Source: Planctomycetota bacterium | Lineage (GTDB): Bacteria > Planctomycetota > B15-G4 | Direction of reading: 5' to 3' | DNA length: 64,000 nt | Assembly (NCBI GenBank): GCA_965248575.1 | Contig: CBDFJQ010000002.1 | Location: 4,704,001-4,768,000 of the forward strand | Shown here: positions 60,502 through 64,000 of the stretch, in pieces | How positions within the stretch are numbered: the stretch's first letter is position 1 | Layout of the letters: the number at the start of each line of letters is the position of its first letter | The notes under the pieces: model-generated | What the model was told of the DNA's origin: nothing | What the model saw: the letters and a program-made list of their open reading frames with translations, nothing else | The model's database searches: none | Translations under genes and position numbers: made by a program

Positions 60502-60632
60502 GGAAAGGTCTCCGAGGTGCTGGGCCAAGTCTACTCCCCTGCAGGCATCCTGCGCGTGTGATCTGCTGTCCCGAGCCGGTCCAAGAGTGGCTTCAAGGCC
60601 AGCTTTCGTTACGCCTGGCGATACGGCCTTGC

Positions 60633-61106
60633 TCAGTCCTGAGAGCGCGCTGTGTCACGCCGCACCCACCGCTGCAGCTCCTCGAACTGCATGCGCAACA
60701 GCTCCTCGTGTCGATGTCCATAGAGGTTGCGCGAGTGTCGGCCCCGGCGCGCGGCCCGCAGCAGTGCGCGCGGGCCCAAGACCAGCCCCATCAGTACGAA
60801 GACCAGCCGGTCTGCCCAGAAGAAGGCGTTGAAGCGGCAGCCGCCGCTCGCCAGCTCCCAAGCAGCCAACTGCGACTCGCCCCGGTAGCTCGTGTCGTAG
60901 CCGGTGAGCACATGGTGCACGTCGTGGACGATCAGCGCGTTGCGCAAGCCAAGCCCCCAAGGCAGCGCGAGGGGCAGCACCGGAACCTGCCAGCGTCCGA
61001 TCTTCATTCGACCCCAGCGCACGTCCAACCAGTCCTCCAGGGACTCCATCCCCGGACACAGGTTCATCTCACGTACGTTCTTCCAGAGCAGGGTGGCGGT
61101 GTCCAT
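60633..61106 (-). CDS. Coq4-like metal-binding protein
   Basis: HDVHHVLTGYDTSYRGE (HDxxH-x11-E). Confidence 0.7.
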   Translation of the reverse strand: MDTATLLWKNVREMNLCPGMESLEDWLDVRWGRMKIGRWQVPVLPLALPWGLGLRNALIVHDVHHVLTGYDTSYRGESQLAAWELASGGCRFNAFFWADRLVFVLMGLVLGPRALLRAARRGRHSRNLYGHRHEELLRMQFEELQRWVRRDTARSQD

Positions 61107-61193
61107 GGTTGGCGTGACTCCCGGGTCACCTGCATCCTACGACGATCTGGCGGCGGGCTGTTCAGCTCTCCACGAGCCAGGTGCCTCGAAAGT

Positions 61194-61634
61194 TCAGCTG
61201 TCCAGCTCCAGGAACTTCTTCAGGCTGTCCGTCAGGAAGTACGTCCAGCCCGCAACGCCCATTTCCCGGGCGAAGGCTGGTTCGTCCTGAGGGAAGGTCT
61301 CGATGCCCGTGTGGGTCAGGGTCAGCTTCGTGCTTCCCGGGCACTCCGAGAGGACCCACGTGACCAGGGCGTCTCCCTCGTAGCCCGCATAGTTGAAGGT
61401 GTAGGCGAGCCGCTGGAAGGGAACGACCTCCCTGACCTTCCACAGGTGCAGCCAGTCCTTCCCCTGGGATTGGACAACGAACTTCGTCTCGAAGCCGACC
61501 TCCGGACGAAAGCTTTCCAGCGGTTCGAAGAACCACTGGCGCATGGCCTCCGTTTCCGTGATGGCGCGCCACAGCACGGCAGCGCCCACCGCGTAGGTTT
61601 CTTCGACGACGATCGGTCTCGTCTCGCGAGTCAT
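61194..61634 (-). CDS. SRPBCC (AHSA1-like) domain protein
   Basis: LWRAITE...MRQWFF, TKLTLTH.G, GW. Confidence 0.9.
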   Translation of the reverse strand: MTRETRPIVVEETYAVGAAVLWRAITETEAMRQWFFEPLESFRPEVGFETKFVVQSQGKDWLHLWKVREVVPFQRLAYTFNYAGYEGDALVTWVLSECPGSTKLTLTHTGIETFPQDEPAFAREMGVAGWTYFLTDSLKKFLELDS

Positions 61635-61873
61635 GACTGGTCCTCCTGCGGCGAGTCATCGTGAGGGTCGGCGCACCGGTTGAGCACTGAGATGAGTCCT
61701 GCGATGTGGCCGCCCACCAGCTTACCTGCGATTGTCGGGTCCGATGATTCGCTTGGCTACGGCGCCAGGCGAAGCGTAGGGTCGGGCCTCGTCCAGGGCT
61801 CGAGTAGCCGCAGTCAGTCGGCGATCAGATTCGACCGATCACCCTCGACGATCGGTCCAGATGGGGCGCGACG

Positions 61874-61978
61874 ATGGGCAAGGGACAAGACCGCAAGAAG
61901 GACCAGAAGAAGAAGCCAGCGAAGACGCCAAAGGAGAAGCGCGCCGCTCAGGTCGCCAAGCGCGGCAAGGGCAAGTAG
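61874..61978 (+). CDS. 34-aa lysine-rich small protein (absent from ORF track)
   Basis: MGKGQDRKKDQKKKPAKTPKEKRAAQVAKRGKGK; all Lys codons are AAG; lies in an otherwise empty gap. Confidence 0.7.
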   Translation: MGKGQDRKKDQKKKPAKTPKEKRAAQVAKRGKGK

Positions 61979-62180
61979 GCGGGAGCCATCCCCGTGCGCG
62001 GACGCAGATGGAGACTTTACTACTCCTGATGGCTCTGCCAGATCACGTGTACGATCTTGTAGTGCCCCTCTTCGCTCGCAAGCGACGTGGGAGTTCGCCG
62101 GGATTTTCCTCGATCATTCCAGGATTCCCGGTACATGAAGCCTCGTCGCTTCATCGTTCACCGGGCCAGGAGAAAGAAGA

Positions 62181-62939
62181 ATGATCGCGAGCATGCCATT
62201 GCGCCGTTCCCTTGTGAGATTCGGAGTGGGCGCGGGCTTGTTCTTCGCGCTGCTCGTTTCGCCTTCCGTGGGCCAGACCACCCACACTGTCGAAGCAGTA
62301 GGAACCAACTTCAGCCCCCAGAACCTCACCATCAGCGTGGGGGACACGGTGCGCTGGACCAACCTCGCGGGCATGTTCCACAACGTGGCGCAGACGGATT
62401 GCCCTCCGACCTCGGGCTCGACCTGGAACGGAGGCTTCCGCTCGGGCAACCCCGGCGCGGTGAACGTCTTCCAGATGACGTTCAATTCGGCAGAGGAGAT
62501 CTGCTACTTCTGCGAGACGCACGTTGGCTTTGGCATGAACGGCACTGTTTCGGTTCAGGCCGGCGACCCGTGGATGGATCTGGGCGGTGGCACGGTGGGC
62601 ATCGCCGGGCAGCCGACCTTGGATGTGTCGGGACCGTTGACCGCGGGTTCGACCCTCACACTGGACCTGACGGCGGCTCCGCCCAGCGCCTTGATGTTGT
62701 TCTGGCTGTCCTTCAGCTCCACGCCCCTGAGCTTCTTCGGCGGCACGATCCATCCCACCATCCCGCCCAACCTGCAGGTCCTTCGTTTCAGTGATGTGGC
62801 GGGTGAGTTGTCCCAGTCCGTGCCGTGGCCTGCGGGGATTCCAGCAGGGACGGAACTCTACATGCAGTTCCTGATCCAGGACCTGTCCGTGTTGCATGAG
62901 ATCACCCTGTCCAACGGCATGACGGCGATGACCCCGTGA
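62181..62939 (+). CDS. Secreted plastocyanin-like type-1 copper protein with shared C-terminal domain
   Basis: FSPQNLTISVGDTVRW, HNV, YFCETHVGFGMNG (His/Cys/His/Met ligands); shared domain from ~62565. Confidence 0.9.
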   Translation: MIASMPLRRSLVRFGVGAGLFFALLVSPSVGQTTHTVEAVGTNFSPQNLTISVGDTVRWTNLAGMFHNVAQTDCPPTSGSTWNGGFRSGNPGAVNVFQMTFNSAEEICYFCETHVGFGMNGTVSVQAGDPWMDLGGGTVGIAGQPTLDVSGPLTAGSTLTLDLTAAPPSALMLFWLSFSSTPLSFFGGTIHPTIPPNLQVLRFSDVAGELSQSVPWPAGIPAGTELYMQFLIQDLSVLHEITLSNGMTAMTP

Positions 62940-62951
62940 CCTGAGCGCTGG

Positions 62952-63359
62952 CTAGGTTCCCGCCGGGCAGGGTCTGACCTGCTCGGAACCTGCAGACGGT
63001 GAGAAGGTGGCGAGCAGGACGGAATCCGTGGGTGACGTGTTGTGGTAGGCGTGGCAGGTGTCCTTCGGGATCAAGACCACGCCGCCCAAGCTGGCCTCGA
63101 CTTTGTTGGACGTCAGTTGCACGAAGCCGCCACCCTCCAGCACGGTCACGATCAGATCACTCCCCGGGTGCACATGCGGCAGCTCTTCTCCACGGATCAC
63201 CACCAACGCGGTCTTGACGGGTAGCGTGTTCGTGAGCAGGTGATGAGCCAGCTTCGGCTCGCCCGGTGGTAAGCCGTCGATGGTCGCGCGCAGTTCAGCT
63301 GCAATCCGATCCAGATCGACGGGCGCATGTCCCGCAACGGTGTAGGTGTGCGTGCTCAT
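62952..63359 (-). CDS. Cupin domain protein
   Basis: PHVHPGSD...IPKDTCHAYHN; GGGGA RBS. Confidence 0.85.
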   Translation of the reverse strand: MSTHTYTVAGHAPVDLDRIAAELRATIDGLPPGEPKLAHHLLTNTLPVKTALVVIRGEELPHVHPGSDLIVTVLEGGGFVQLTSNKVEASLGGVVLIPKDTCHAYHNTSPTDSVLLATFSPSAGSEQVRPCPAGT

Positions 63360-63590
63360 GTAAGGTCCCCTTCCCCTGCGATGTGAGTTGGTCTTTTGCT
63401 CCGTGCGTTGTATCAGGTCCAGTTGGGTCGCGTGGATCTCTCGAATTGGCCATTCACTGGGGCAGCTTGATGGACACTCCACGCGGTGAGTAGTCTTGAG
63501 AGCGTGTACGGGGATGAGTCATCAAGAGAGCGCGAATCTTCAGGGGGTGAATCAGTGACCAGGACCAGTCAGAACCACCGCTTCGGAAGC

Positions 63591-64000
63591 ATGCTGCGAG
63601 TGATCGTCAGTGCTTGTCTCCTTGCACCCTTGCCAAGTCTGCGTGGGGCGGTGGAGCCTGCCGCGGCATGGGTGCCGACACGACCCAGCTGCGCGGAGGA
63701 AGAGCCGGCGCTCACGACGGCATCTGACACCAACCATGCCTGGCTGAACTCAAAACCCTTCGTCTGGAACGAACAGCTCGTTCTAGACACGTCCAGCTAC
63801 GTTCCGATCCCTGGCGAAGAGGAGTTGGCGGAATCGGCCGAGCCGCTTGAGGTCAACGAGCAGCGCGTCACTCTCGAGCGCTTGGGCCCCAATCGCTTTC
63901 GAGTGGACCTCAAGCTCGAAGGGAAGACGTTCGAGCCTCAGCGCGATGACGAGTGGTGTTGGGCTGCCTGTGCTTGGATGGTCAACGAATACAACAGGCG
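63591..64000 (+). CDS. Partial papain-like cysteine peptidase (C39/C70-like), runs off the window
   Basis: Open frame to the window end; PQRDDEWCWAACAWM (Q...WCWAA motif). Confidence 0.7.
   Translation, partial: MLRVIVSACLLAPLPSLRGAVEPAAAWVPTRPSCAEEEPALTTASDTNHAWLNSKPFVWNEQLVLDTSSYVPIPGEEELAESAEPLEVNEQRVTLERLGPNRFRVDLKLEGKTFEPQRDDEWCWAACAWMVNEYNR

Overview
High-GC bacterial DNA, inferred to be Planctomycetota from the planctomycete-type ECF sigma/Ser-Thr kinase pair and the many FG-GAP and carboxypeptidase-regulatory-domain proteins. About 55 tightly packed, mostly monocistronic accessory genes; no rRNA, tRNA, CRISPR or transposase was recognised. Main observations: (1) eight ORFs end in the same ~110-125 aa C-terminal domain. 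Seven of them have signal peptides and unrelated passengers (propellers, FG-GAP, beta-helix, cupredoxin, CarboxypepD-like); the eighth is the domain alone. This is a candidate undescribed secretion or surface-sorting domain. (2) A secreted protein with ~425 uninterrupted Gly-X-Y collagen triplets. (3) Two complete regulatory circuits readable from DNA: a sigma-54 activator with tandem UAS and a perfect -24/-12 promoter, and MarR with two operator palindromes upstream of a QueG/RdhA-like-SCP2 fusion. (4) A membrane-anchored TIR protein with a lipoprotein partner, an orphan ParB-like protein, a possible animal-type pore-forming toxin homologue, a pair of unknown secreted paralogs sharing a terminator, and a 34-aa basic ORF missed by the ORF track. 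All family calls are from motif recognition by eye; no database search was run.
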